NCBI GenBank assembly: GCA_964016885.1 | Contig: OZ024757.1 | Location: 10,044,001 to 10,108,000 of the forward strand | Origin: Eledone cirrhosa | Lineage: Eukaryota | Length of the DNA: 64,000 bases | Direction: 5' to 3' | Shown: positions 49,201 through 61,200 of the stretch, piece after piece | Layout: every line of letters starts with the position of its first letter | Position numbering within the stretch: the stretch's first letter is position 1 | Program-made: the position numbers and the translations under genes | Notes under the pieces: generated by a model | What the model saw: the letters and a program-made list of their open reading frames with translations, nothing else | Databases searched by the model: none | What the model was told of the DNA's origin: nothing

Positions 49201-52200
49201 GTTAAGTTAAGTTGGGGTTAAGTTAAGTTGGGGTTAAGTTAAGTTGGGTTTAAGTTAAGTTGGGATTAAATCAAGTTGGGGTTAAGTCAAGTTGGGGTTA
49301 AGTCAAGTTGGGGTTAATTCAAGTTGGGGTTAAGTCATGTTGGGATTAAGTCAAGTTGGGGTTAAGTCAAGTTGGGGTTAAGTTAAGTTGGGGTTAAGTT
49401 AAGTTGGGGTTAAGTTAAGTTGGGTTTAAGTTAAGTTGGGGTTAAGTTAAGTAGGGGTTAAGTTAAGTTGGGGTTAAGTTGGGGTTAAGTTAAGTTGGGG
49501 TTAAGTTAAGTTGGGGTTAATTAAGTTGGGGGTAAGTTAAGTTAGGGGTAAGTTAAGTTGGGGTTAATTTAAGTTGGGGTTAAGTTAAGTTGGGGTTAAG
49601 TTAAGTTGGGGTTAAGTTAAGTTGGGGTTAATTTAAGTTGGGGTTAAGTTAAGTTGGGGTTAAGGTAAGTTGGGGTTAAGTTAAGTTGGGGTTAAGTTAA
49701 GTTGGGGTTACGTTAAGTTGGGGTTAAGTTAAGTTGGGGTTAAGTTAAGTTGGGATTAAGTCAAGTTGGTGTTAAGTCAAGTTGGGGTTAAGTCAAGTTG
49801 GGGTTAAGTCAAGTTGGGGTTAAGTCAAGTTTGGGTTAAGTTAAGTTGGGGTTAAGTTAAGTGGGGGTTAAGTTAACTTGGGGTTAAGTTAAGTTGGGGC
49901 TAATTTAAGTTGGTGTTAATTTAAGTTGGGGTTAAGTTAAGTTGGGGTTAAGTTAAGTTGGGGTTAAATTAAGCTGGGGTTAACTTAAGTAGGGGTTAAG
50001 TTAAGTTGGGTTAAGTTGGGATTAACTTAAGTTTGGGTTAAGTTAAGTTGGGGTTAAGTTAAGTTCGGATTGAGTCAAGTGTGGGGTTAAGTCAAGTTGG
50101 GGTTAAGTCAAGTTGGGTTTAAGTTAAGTTGGGGTTAAGTTAAGTTGGGGTTAAGTTAAGTTGGTGTTAAGTTAAGTTGGGGTTAAGTTAAGTTGGGGTT
50201 AAGTTAATATGGGGTTAAGTTAAGTTGGGGTTAAGTTAAGTTGGGGTTAAGTCAAGTTGGGGTTAAGTCAAGTTGGGGTTAAGTTAAGTTGGGGTTAAGT
50301 TAAGTTGGGGTTAAGTTAAGTTGGGGGTAAGTTAATTAAGTCGGGGGTAATTTAAGTTGGGGGTAAGTTAAGCTGGGGTTAAGTTAAATTGGGGTTAAGT
50401 TAAGTTGGGGTTAAGTTAAGTAGGGGTTAAGTTAAGTTGGGGTTAAGTTGGGGTTAAGTTAAGTTGGGGTTAAGTTAAGTTGGGGTTAAGTTAAGTTGGG
50501 GGTAAGTTAAGTTGGGATTAAGTCAAGTTGGGGTTAAGTCAAGTTGGGGTTAAGTCAAGTTGGGGTTAATTCAAGTTGGGGTTAAGTCAAGTTGGGATTA
50601 AGTCAAGTTGGGGTTAAGTCAAGTTGGGGTTAAGTTAAGTTGGGGTTAAGTTAAGTTGGGGTTAAGTTAAGTTGGGTTTAAGTTAAGTTGGGGTTAAGTT
50701 AAGTAGGGGTTAAGTTAAGTTGGGGTTAAGTTGGGGTTAAGTTAAGTTGGGGTTAAGTTAAGTTGGGTTAAGTTAAGTTGGGGTTAATTAAGTTGGGGGT
50801 AAGTTAAGTTAGGGGTAAGTTAAGTTGGGGTTAATTTAAGTTGGGGTTAAGTTAAGTTGGGGATAAGTTAAGTTGGGGTTAATTTAAGTTGGGGTTAAGT
50901 TATGTTGGGGTTAAGGTAAGTTGGGGTTAAGTTAAGTTGGGGTTAAGTTAAGTTGGGGTTACGTTAAGTTGGGGTTAAGTTAAGTTGGGGTTAAGTTAAG
51001 TTGGGATTAAGTCAAGTTGGGGTTAATCAAGTTGGGGTTAAGTCAAGTTGGGGTTAAGTCAAGTTTGGGTTAAGTTAAGTTGGGGTTAAGTTAAGTTGGG
51101 GTTAAGTTAATTTAGGGGTAATTTAAGTTGGGGTTAGGTTAAGTTGGGGTTAAGGTAAGTTGGGGTTAAGTTAAGTTGGGGTTAAGTTAAGTTGGGGGTA
51201 AGTTAAGTTAGGGGTAAGTCAAGTTGGGGTTAAATCAAGTTGGGTTTAAGTTAAGTTGGGGTTCAGTTAAGTTGGGGCTAAGTTAAGTTGGGGTTAAGTT
51301 GGGGTTAAGTAAAGTTGGGGTTAAGTTAAGTTGGGGTTAAGTTAAGTTGGGGTTAAGTTAAGTTGGGGTTAAGTTAAGTTGGGGGTAAGTTAAGTTGGGA
51401 TTAAGTCAAGTTGGGGTTAAGTCAAGTTGGGGTTAAGTCAAGTTGGGGTTAATTCAAGTTGGGGTTAAGTCAAGTTGGGATTAAGTCAAGTTGGGGTTAA
51501 GTCAAGTTGGCTTAAGTTAAGTTGGGGTTAAGTTAAGTTGGGGTTAAGTTAAGTTGGGTTTAAGTTAAGTTGGGGTTAAGTTAAGTAGGGGTTAAGTTAA
51601 GTTGGGGTTAAGTTGGGGTTAAGTTAAGTTGGGGTTAAGTTAAGTTGGGTTAAGTTAAGTTGGGGTTAATTAAGTTGGGGGTAAGTTAAGTTAGGGGTAA
51701 GTTAAGTTGGGGTTAATTTAAGTTGGGGTTAAGTTAAGTTGGGGATAAGTTAAGTTGGGGTTAATTTAAGTTGGGGTTAAGTTATGTTGGGGTTAAGGTA
51801 AGTTGGGGTTAAGTTAAGTTGGGGTTAAGTTAAGTTGGGGTTACGTTAAGTTGGGGTTAAGTTAAGTTGGGGTTAAGTTAAGTTGGGATTAAGTCAAGTT
51901 GGGGTTAATCAAGTTGGGGTTAAGTCAAGTTGGGGTTAAGTCAAGTTTGGGTTAAGTTAAGTTGGGGTTAAGTTAAGTTGGGGTTAAGTTAATTTAGGGG
52001 TAATTTAAGTTGGGGTTAGGTTAAGTTGGGGTTAAGGTAAGTTGGGGTTAAGTTAAGTTGGGGTTAAGTTAAGTTGGGGGTAAGTTAAGTTAGGGGTAAG
52101 TCAAGTTGGGGTTAAATCAAGTTGGGTTTAAGTTAAGTTGGGGTTCAGTTAAGTTGGGGCTAAGTTAAGTTGGGGTTAAGTTGGGGTTAAGTTAAGTTGG

Positions 52201-55200
52201 GGTTAAGTTAAGTTGGGGTTAAGGTAAGTTGGGGCTAAGTTAAGTTGGGGTTAAGTTAAGTTGGGGGTAAGTTAAGTTAGGGGTAAGTCAAGTTGGGGTT
52301 AAATCAAGTTGGGTTTAAGTTAAGTTGGGGTTCAGTTAAGTTGGGGCTAAGTTAAGTTGGGGTTAAGTTGGGGTTAAGTAAAGTTGGGGTTAAGTTAAGT
52401 TGGGGTTAAGTTAAGTTGGGGGTAAGTTAAGTTAGGGGTAATTTAAGTTGGGGTTAAGTTAAGTTGGGGTTAAGTTAAGTTGGGGTTAAGGTAAGTTGGG
52501 GTTAAGTTAAGTTGGGGTTAAGTTAAGTTGGGGTTAAGTTAAGTTGGGTTTAAGTTAAGTTGGGATTAAATCAAGTTGGGGTTAAGTCAAGTTGGGGTTA
52601 AGTCAAGTTGGGGTTAATTCAAGTTGGGGTTAAGTCAAGTTGGGATTAAGTCAAGTTGGGGTTAAGTCAAGTTGGGGTTAAGTTAAGTTGGGGTTAAGTT
52701 AAGTTGGGGTTAAGTTAAGTTGGGTTTAAGTTAAGTTGGGGTTAAGTTAAGTAGGGGTTAAGTTAAGTTGGGGTTAAGTTGGGGTTAAGTTAAGTTGGGG
52801 TTAAGTTAAGTTGGGGTTAATTAAGTTGGGGGTAAGTTAAGTTAGGGGTAAGTTAAGTTGGGGTTAATTTAAGTTGGGGTTAAGTTAAGTTGGGGTTAAG
52901 TTAAGTTGGGGTTAAGTTAAGTTGGGGTTAATTTAAGTTGGGGTTAAGTTAAGTTGGGGTTAAGGTAAGTTGGGGTTAAGTTAAGTTGGGGTTAAGTTAA
53001 GTTGGGGTTACGTTAAGTTGGGGTTAAGTTAAGTTGGGGTTAAGTTAAGTTGGGATTAAGTCAAGTTGGTGTTAAGTCAAGTTGGGGTTAAGTCAAGTTG
53101 GGGTTAAGTCAAGTTGGGGTTAAGTCAAGTTTGGGTTAAGTTAAGTTGGGGTTAAGTTAAGTGGGGGTTAAGTTAACTTGGGGTTAAGTTAAGTTGGGGC
53201 TAATTTAAGTTGGTGTTAATTTAAGTTGGGGTTAAGTTAAGTTGGGGTTAAGTTAAGTTGGGGTTAAATTAAGCTGGGGTTAACTTAAGTAGGGGTTAAG
53301 TTAAGTTGGGTTAAGTTGGGATTAACTTAAGTTTGGGTTAAGTTAAGTTGGGGTTAAGTTAAGTTCGGATTGAGTCAAGTGTGGGGTTAAGTCAAGTTGG
53401 GGTTAAGTCAAGTTGGGTTTAAGTTAAGTTGGGGTTAAGTTAAGTTGGGGTTAAGTTAAGTTGGTGTTAAGTTAAGTTGGGGTTAAGTTAAGTTGGGGTT
53501 AAGTTAATATGGGGTTAAGTTAAGTTGGGGTTAAGTTAAGTTGGGGTTAAGTCAAGTTGGGGTTAAGTCAAGTTGGGGTTAAGTTAAGTTGGGGTTAAGT
53601 TAAGTTGGGGTTAAGTTAAGTTGGGGGTAAGTTAATTAAGTCGGGGGTAATTTAAGTTGGGGGTAAGTTAAGCTGGGGTTAAGTTAAATTGGGGTTAAGT
53701 TAAGTTGGGGTTAAGTTAAGTAGGGGTTAAGTTAAGTTGGGGTTAAGTTGGGGTTAAGTTAAGTTGGGGTTAAGTTAATTTGGGGTTAAGTTAAGTTGGG
53801 GTTAAGTTGGGGTTAAGTTAAGTTGGGGTTAAGTTAAGTTGGGTTTAAGTTAAGTTGGGGTTAAGTTAAGTAGGGGTTAAGTTAAGTTGGGGTTAAGTTG
53901 GGGTTAAGTTAAGTTGGGGTTAAGTTAAGTTGGGTTAAGTTAAGTTGGGGTTAATTAAGTTGGGGGTAAGTTAAGTTAGGGGTAAGTTAAGTTGGGGTTA
54001 ATTTAAGTTGGGGTTAAGTTAAGTTGGGGATAAGTTAAGTTGGGGTTAATTTAAGTTGGGGTTAAGTTATGTTGGGGTTAAGGTAAGTTGGGGTTAAGTT
54101 AAGTTGGGGTTAAGTTAAGTTGGGGTTACGTTAAGTTGGGGTTAAGTTAAGTTGGGGTTAAGTTAAGTTGGGATTAAGTCAAGTTGGGGTTAATAAAGTT
54201 GGGGTTAAGTCAAGTTGGGGTTAAGTCAAGTTTGGGTTAAGTTAAGTTGGGGTTAAGTTAAGTTGGGGTTAAGTTAATTTAGGGGTAATTTAAGTTGGGG
54301 TTAGGTTAAGTTGGGGTTAAGGTAAGTTGGGGTTAAGTTAAGTTGGGGTTAAGTTAAGTTGGGGGTAAGTTAAGTTAGGGGTAAGTCAAGTTGGGGTTAA
54401 ATCAAGTTGGGTTTAAGTTAAGTTGGGGTTCAGTTAAGTTGGGGCTAAGTTAAGATGGGGTTAAGTTGGGGTTAAGTTAAGTTGGGGTTAAGTTAAGTTG
54501 GGGTTAAGGTAAGTTGGGGTTAAGTTAAGTTGGGGTTAAGTTAAGTTGGGGGTAAGTTAAGTTAGGGGTAAGTCAAGTTGGGGTTAAATCAAGTTGGGTT
54601 TAAGTTAAGTTGGGGTTCAGTTAAGTTGGGGCTAAGTTAAGTTGGGGTTAAGTTGGGGTTAAGTAAAGTTGGGGTTAAGTTAAGTTGGGGTTAAGTTAAG
54701 TTGGGGGTAAGTTAAGTTAGGGGTAATTTAAGTTGGGATTAAGTTAAGTTGGGGTTAAGTTAAGTTGGGGTTAAGGTAAGTTGGGGTTAAGTTAAGTTGG
54801 GGTTAAGTTAAGTTGGGGTTAAGTTAAGTTGGGTTTAAGTTAAGTTGGGATTAAATCAAGTTGGGGTTAAGTCAAGTTGGGGTTAAGTCAAGTTGGGGTT
54901 AATTCAAGTTGGGGTTAAGTCATGTTGGGATTAAGTCAAGTTGGGGTTAAGTCAAGTTGGGGTTAAGTTAAGTTGGGGTTAAGTTAAGTTGGGGTTAAGT
55001 TAAGTTGGGTTTAAGTTAAGTTGGGGTTAAGTTAAGTAGGGGTTAAGTTAAGTTGGGGTTAAGTTGGGGTTAAGTTAAGTTGGGGTTAAGTTAAGTTGGG
55101 GTTAATTAAGTTGGGGGTAAGTTAAGTTAGGGGTAAGTTAAGTTGGGGTTAATTTAAGTTGGGGTTAAGTTAAGTTGGGGTTAAGTTAAGTTGGGGTTAA

Positions 55201-58200
55201 GTTAAGTTGGGGTTAATTTAAGTTGGGGTTAAGTTAAGTTGGGGTTAAGGTAAGTTGGGGTTAAGTTAAGTTGGGGTTAAGTTAAGTTGGGGTTACGTTA
55301 AGTTGGGGTTAAGTTAAGTTGGGGTTAAGTTAAGTTGGGATTAAGTCAAGTTGGTGTTAAGTCAAGTTGGGGTTAAGTCAAGTTGGGGTTAAGTCAAGTT
55401 GGGGTTAAGTCAAGTTTGGGTTAAGTTAAGTTGGGGTTAAGTTAAGTGGGGGTTAAGTTAACTTGGGGTTAAGTTAAGTTGGGGCTAATTTAAGTTGGTG
55501 TTAATTTAAGTTGGGGTTAAGTTAAGTTGGGGTTAAGTTAAGTTGGGGTTAAATTAAGCTGGGGTTAACTTAAGTAGGGGTTAAGTTAAGTTGGGTTAAG
55601 TTGGGATTAACTTAAGTTTGGGTTAAGTTAAGTTGGGGTTAAGTTAAGTTCGGATTGAGTCAAGTGTGGGGTTAAGTCAAGTTGGGGTTAAGTCAAGTTG
55701 GGTTTAAGTTAAGTTGGGGTTAAGTTAAGTTGGGGTTAAGTTAAGTTGGTGTTAAGTTAAGTTGGGGTTAAGTTAAGTTGGGGTTAAGTTAATATGGGGT
55801 TAAGTTAAGTTGGGGTTAAGTTAAGTTGGGGTTAAGTCAAGTTGGGGTTAAGTCAAGTTGGGGTTAAGTTAAGTTGGGGTTAAGTTAAGTTGGGGTTAAG
55901 TTAAGTTGGGGGTAAGTTAATTAAGTCGGGGGTAATTTAAGTTGGGGGTAAGTTAAGCTGGGGTTAAGTTAAATTGGGGTTAAGTTAAGTTGGGGTTAAG
56001 TTAAGTAGGGGTTAAGTTAAGTTGGGGTTAAGTTGGGGTTAAGTTAAGTTGGGGTTAAGTTAAGTTGGGGTTAAGTTAAGTTGGGGGTAAGTTAAGTTGG
56101 GATTAAGTCAAGTTGGGGTTATGTCAAGTTGGGGTTAAGTCAAGTTGGGGTTAATTCAAGTTGGGGTTAAGTCAAGTTGGGATTAAGTCAAGTTGGGGTT
56201 AAGTCAAGTTGGGGTTAAGTTAAGTTGGGGTTAAGTTAAGTTGGGGTTAAGTTAAGTTGGGTTTAAGTTAAGTTGGGGTTAAGTTAAGTAGGGGTTAAGT
56301 TAAGTTGGGGTTAAGTTGGGGTTAAGTTAAGTTGGGGTTAAGTTAAGTTGGGTTAAGTTAAGTTGGGGTTAATTAAGTTGGGGGTAAGTTAAGTTAGGGG
56401 TAAGTTAAGTTGGGGTTAATTTAAGTTGGGGTTAAGTTAAGTTGGGGATAAGTTAAGTTGGGGTTAATTTAAGTTGGGGTTAAGTTATGTTGGGGTTAAG
56501 GTAAGTTGGGGTTAAGTTAAGTTGGGGTTAAGTTAAGTTGGGGTTACGTTAAGTTGGGGTTAAGTTAAGTTGGGGTTAAGTTAAGTTGGGATTAAGTCAA
56601 GTTGGGGTTAATCAAGTTGGGGTTAAGTCAAGTTGGGGTTAAGTCAAGTTTGGGTTAAGTTAAGTTGGGGTTAAGTTAAGTTGGGGTTAAGTTAATTTAG
56701 GGGTAATTTAAGTTGGGGTTAGGTTAAGTTGGGGTTAAGGTAAGTTGGGGTTAAGTTAAGTTGGGGTTAAGTTAAGTTGGGGGTAAGTTAAGTTAGGGGT
56801 AAGTCAAGTTGGGGTTAAATCAAGTTGGGTTTAAGTTAAGTTGGGGTTCAGTTAAGTTGGGGCTAAGTTAAGTTGGGGTTAAGTTGGGGTTAAGTAAAGT
56901 TGGGGTTAAGTTAAGTTGGGGTTAAGTTAAGTTGGGGTTAAGTTAAGTTGGGGTTAAGTTAAGTTGGGGGTAAGTTAAGTTGGGATTAAGTCAAGTTGGG
57001 GTTAAGTCAAGTTGGGGTTAAGTCAAGTTGGGGTTAATTCAAGTTGGGGTTAAGTCAAGTTGGGATTAAGTCAAGTTGGGGTTAAGTCAAGTTGGGGTTA
57101 AGTTAAGTTGGGGTTAAGTTAAGTTGGGGTTAAGTTAAGTTGAGTTTAAGTTAAGTTGGGGTTAAGTTAAGTAGGGGTTAAGTTAAGTTGGGGTTAAGTT
57201 GGGGTTAAGTTAAGTTGGGGTTAAGTTAAGTTGGGTTAAGTTAAGTTGGGGTTAATTAAGTTGGGGGTAAGTTAAGTTAGGGGTAAGTTAAGTTGGGGTT
57301 AATTTAAGTTGGGGTTAAGTTAAGTTGGGGATAAGTTAAGTTGGGGTTAATTTAAGTTGGGGTTAAGTTATGTTGGGGTTAAGGTAAGTTGGGGTTAAGT
57401 TAAGTTGGGGTTAAGTTAAGTTGGGGTTACGTTAAGTTGGGGTTAAGTTAAGTTGGGGTTAAGTTAAGTTGGGATTAAGTCAAGTTGGGGTTAATCAAGT
57501 TGGGGTTAAGTCAAGTTGGGGTTAAGTCAAGTTTGGGTTAAGTTAAGTTGGGGTTAAGTTAAGTTGGGGTTAAGTTAATTTAGGGGTAATTTAAGTTGGG
57601 GTTAGGTTAAGTTGGGGTTAAGGTAAGTTGGGGTTAAGTTAAGTTGGGGTTAAGTTAAGTTGGGGGTAAGTTAAGTTAGGGGTAAGTCAAGTTGGGGTTA
57701 AATCAAGTTGGGTTTAAGTTAAGTTGGGGTTCAGTTAAGTTGGGGCTAAGTTAAGTTGGGGTTAAGTTGGGGTTAAGTTAAGTTGGGGTTAAGTTAAGTT
57801 GGGGTTAAGGTAAGTTGGGGCTAAGTTAAGTTGGGGTTAAGTTAAGTTGGGGGTAAGTTAAGTTAGGGGTAAGTCAAGTTGGGGTTAAATCAAGTTGGGT
57901 TTAAGTTAAGTTGGGGTTCAGTTAAGTTGGGGCTAAGTTAAGTTGGGGTTAAGTTGGGGTTAAGTAAAGTTGGGGTTAAGTTAAGTTGGGGTTAAGTTAA
58001 GTTGGGGTTAAGTTAAGTTGGGGTTAAGGTAAGTTGGGGTTAAGTTAAGTCGGGGTTAAGTTAAGTTGGGGTTAAGTTAAGTTGGGTTTAAGTTAAGTTG
58101 GGATTAAATCAAGTTGGGGTTAAGTCAAGTTGGGGTTAAGTCAAGTTGGGGTCAATTCAAGTTGGGGTTAAGTCAAGTTGGGATTAAATCATGTTGGGGT

Positions 58201-61200
58201 TAAGTCAAGTTGGGGTTAAGTTAAGTTGAGGTTAAGTTAAGTTGGGGTTAAGTTAAGTTGGGTTTAAGTTAAGTTGGGGTTAAGTTAAGTAGGGGTTAAG
58301 TTAAGTTGGGGTTAAGTTGGGGTTAAGTTAAGTTGGGGTTAAATCAAGTTGGGGTTAACTCAAGTTGGGGTTAAGTCAAGTTGGGGTTAAGTCAAGTTGG
58401 GATTAAGTCAAGTTGGGGTTAAGTCAAGTTGGGGTTAAGTTAAGTTGGGGTTAAGTTAAGTTGGGGTTAAGTTAAGTTGGGGTTAAATTAAGTTGGGGGT
58501 AAGTTAATTAAGTCGGGGGTAATTTAAGTTGGGGGTAAGTTAAGCTGGGGTTAAGTTAAGTTGGGGTTAAGTTAAGTTGGGGTTAAGTTAAGTAGGGGTT
58601 AAGTTAAGTTGGGGTTAAGTTGGGGTTAAGTTAAGTTGGGGTTAAGTTAATTTGGGGTTAAGTTAAGTTGGGGTTAAGTTAAGTTGGGGTTAAGTTAAGT
58701 TGGGGATAAGTTAAGTTCGGGTTAATTTAAGTTGGGGTTAAGTTATGTTGGGGTTAAGGTAAGTTGGGGTTAAGTTAAGTTGGGGTTAAGTTGGGGTTAC
58801 GTTAAGTTGGGGTTAAGTTAATTTAGGGGTAATTTAAGTTGGGGTTAGGTTAAGTTGGGGTTAAGGTAAGTTGGGGTTAAGTTAAGTTGGGGTTAAGTTA
58901 AGTTGGGGGTAAGTTAAGTTAGGGGTAAGTCAAGTTGGGGTTAAATCAAGTTGGGTTTAAGTTAAGTTGGGGTTCAGTTAAGTTGGGGCTAAGTTAAGTT
59001 GGGGTTAAGTTGGGGTTAAGTTAAGTTGGGGTTAAGTTAAGTTGGGGTTAAGGTAAGTTGGGGTTAAGTTAAGTTGGGGTTAAGTTAAGTTGGGGGTAAG
59101 TTAAGTTGGGATTAAGTCAAGTTGGGGTTAAGTCAAGTTGGGGTTAAGTCAAGTTGGGGTTAATTCACGTTGGGGTTAAGTCAAGTTGGGATTAAGTCAA
59201 GTTGGGGTTAAGTCAAGTTGGGGTTAAGTTAAGTTGGGGTTAAGTTAAGTTGGGGTTAAGTTAAGTTGGGTTTAAGTTAAGTTGGGGTTAAGTTAAGTAG
59301 GGGTTAAGTTAAGTTGGGGTTAAGTTGGGGTTAAGTTAAGTTGGGGTTAAGTTAAGTTGGGTTAAGTTAAGTTGGGGTTAATTAAGTTGGGGGTAAGTTA
59401 AGTTAGGGGTAAGTTAAGTTGGGGTTAATTTAAGTTGGGGTTAAGTTAAGTTGGGGATAAGTTAAGTTGGGGTTAATTTAAGTTGGGGTTAAGTTATGTT
59501 GGGGTTAAGGTAAGTTTGGGTTAAGTTAAGTTGGGGTTAAGTTAAGTTGGGGTTACGTTAAGTTGGGGTTAAGTTAAGTTGGGGTTAAGTTAAGTTGGGA
59601 TTAAGTCAAGTTGGGGTTAATCAAGTTGGGGTTAAGTCAAGTTGGGGTTAAGTCAAGTTTGGGTTAAGTTAAGTTGGGGTTAAGTTAAGTTGGGGTTAAG
59701 TTAATTTAGGGGTAATTTAAGTTGGGGTTAGGTTAAGTTGGGGTTAAGGTAAGTTGGGGTTAAGTTAAGTTGGGGTTAAGTTAAGTTGGGGGTAAGTTAA
59801 GTTAGGGGTAAGTCAAGTTGGGGTTAAATCAAGTTGGGTTTAAGTTAAGTTGGGGTTCAGTTAAGTTGGGGCTAAGTTAAGTTGGGGTTAAGTTGGGGTT
59901 AAGTTAAGTTGGGGTTAAGTTAAGTTGGGGTTAAGGTAAGTTGGGGTTAAGTTAAGTTGGGGTTAAGTTAAGTTGGGGGTAAGTTAAGTTAGGGGTAAGT
60001 CAAGTTGGGGTTAAATCAAGTTGGGTTTAAGTTAAGTTGGGGTTCAGTTAAGTTGGGGCTAAGTTAAGTTGGGGTTAAGTTGGGGTTAAGTAAAGTTGGG
60101 GTTAAGTTAAGTTGGGGTTAAGTTAAGTTGGGGTTAAGTTAAGTTGGGGTTAAGTTAAGTTGGGGGTAAGTTAAGTTGGGATTAAGTCAAGTTGGGGTTA
60201 AGTCAAGTTGGGGTTAAGTCAAGTTGGGGTTAATTCAAGTTGGGGTTAAGTCAAGTTGGGATTAAGTCAAGTTGGGGTTAAGTCAAGTTGGGGTTAAGTT
60301 AAGTTGGGGTTAAGTTAAGTTGGGGTTAAGTTAAGTTGGGTTTAAGTTAAGTTGGGGTTAAGTTAAGTAGGGGTTAAGTTAAGTTGGGGTTAAGTTGGGG
60401 TTAAGTTAAGTTGGGGTTAAGTTAAGTTGGGTTAAGTTAAGTTGGGGTTAATTAAGTTGGGGGTAAGTTAAGTTAGGGGTAAGTTAAGTTGGGGTTAATT
60501 TAAGTTGGGGTTAAGTTAAGTTGGGGATAAGTTAAGTTGGGGTTAATTTAAGTTGGGGTTAAGTTATGTTGGGGTTAAGGTAAGTTGGGGTTAAGTTAAG
60601 TTGGGGTTAAGTTAAGTTGGGGTTACGTTAAGTTGGGGTTAAGTTAAGTTGGGGTTAAGTTAAGTTGGGATTAAGTCAAGTTGGGGTTAATAAAGTTGGG
60701 GTTAAGTCAAGTTGGGGTTAAGTCAAGTTTGGGTTAAGTTAAGTTGGGGTTAAGTTAAGTTGGGGTTAAGTTAATTTAGGGGTAATTTAAGTTGGGGTTA
60801 GGTTAAGTTGGGGTTAAGGTAAGTTGGGGTTAAGTTAAGTTGGGGTTAAGTTAAGTTGGGGGTAAGTTAAGTTAGGGGTAAGTCAAGTTGGGGTTAAATC
60901 AAGTTGGGTTTAAGTTAAGTTGGGGTTCAGTTAAGTTGGGGCTAAGTTAAGATGGGGTTAAGTTGGGGTTAAGTTAAGTTGGGGTTAAGTTAAGTTGGGG
61001 TTAAGGTAAGTTGGGGTTAAGTTAAGTTGGGGTTAAGTTAAGTTGGGGGTAAGTTAAGTTAGGGGTAAGTCAAGTTGGGGTTAAATCAAGTTGGGTTTAA
61101 GTTAAGTTGGGGTTCAGTTAAGTTGGGGCTAAGTTAAGTTGGGGTTAAGTTGGGGTTAAGTAAAGTTGGGGTTAAGTTAAGTTGGGGTTAAGTTAAGTTG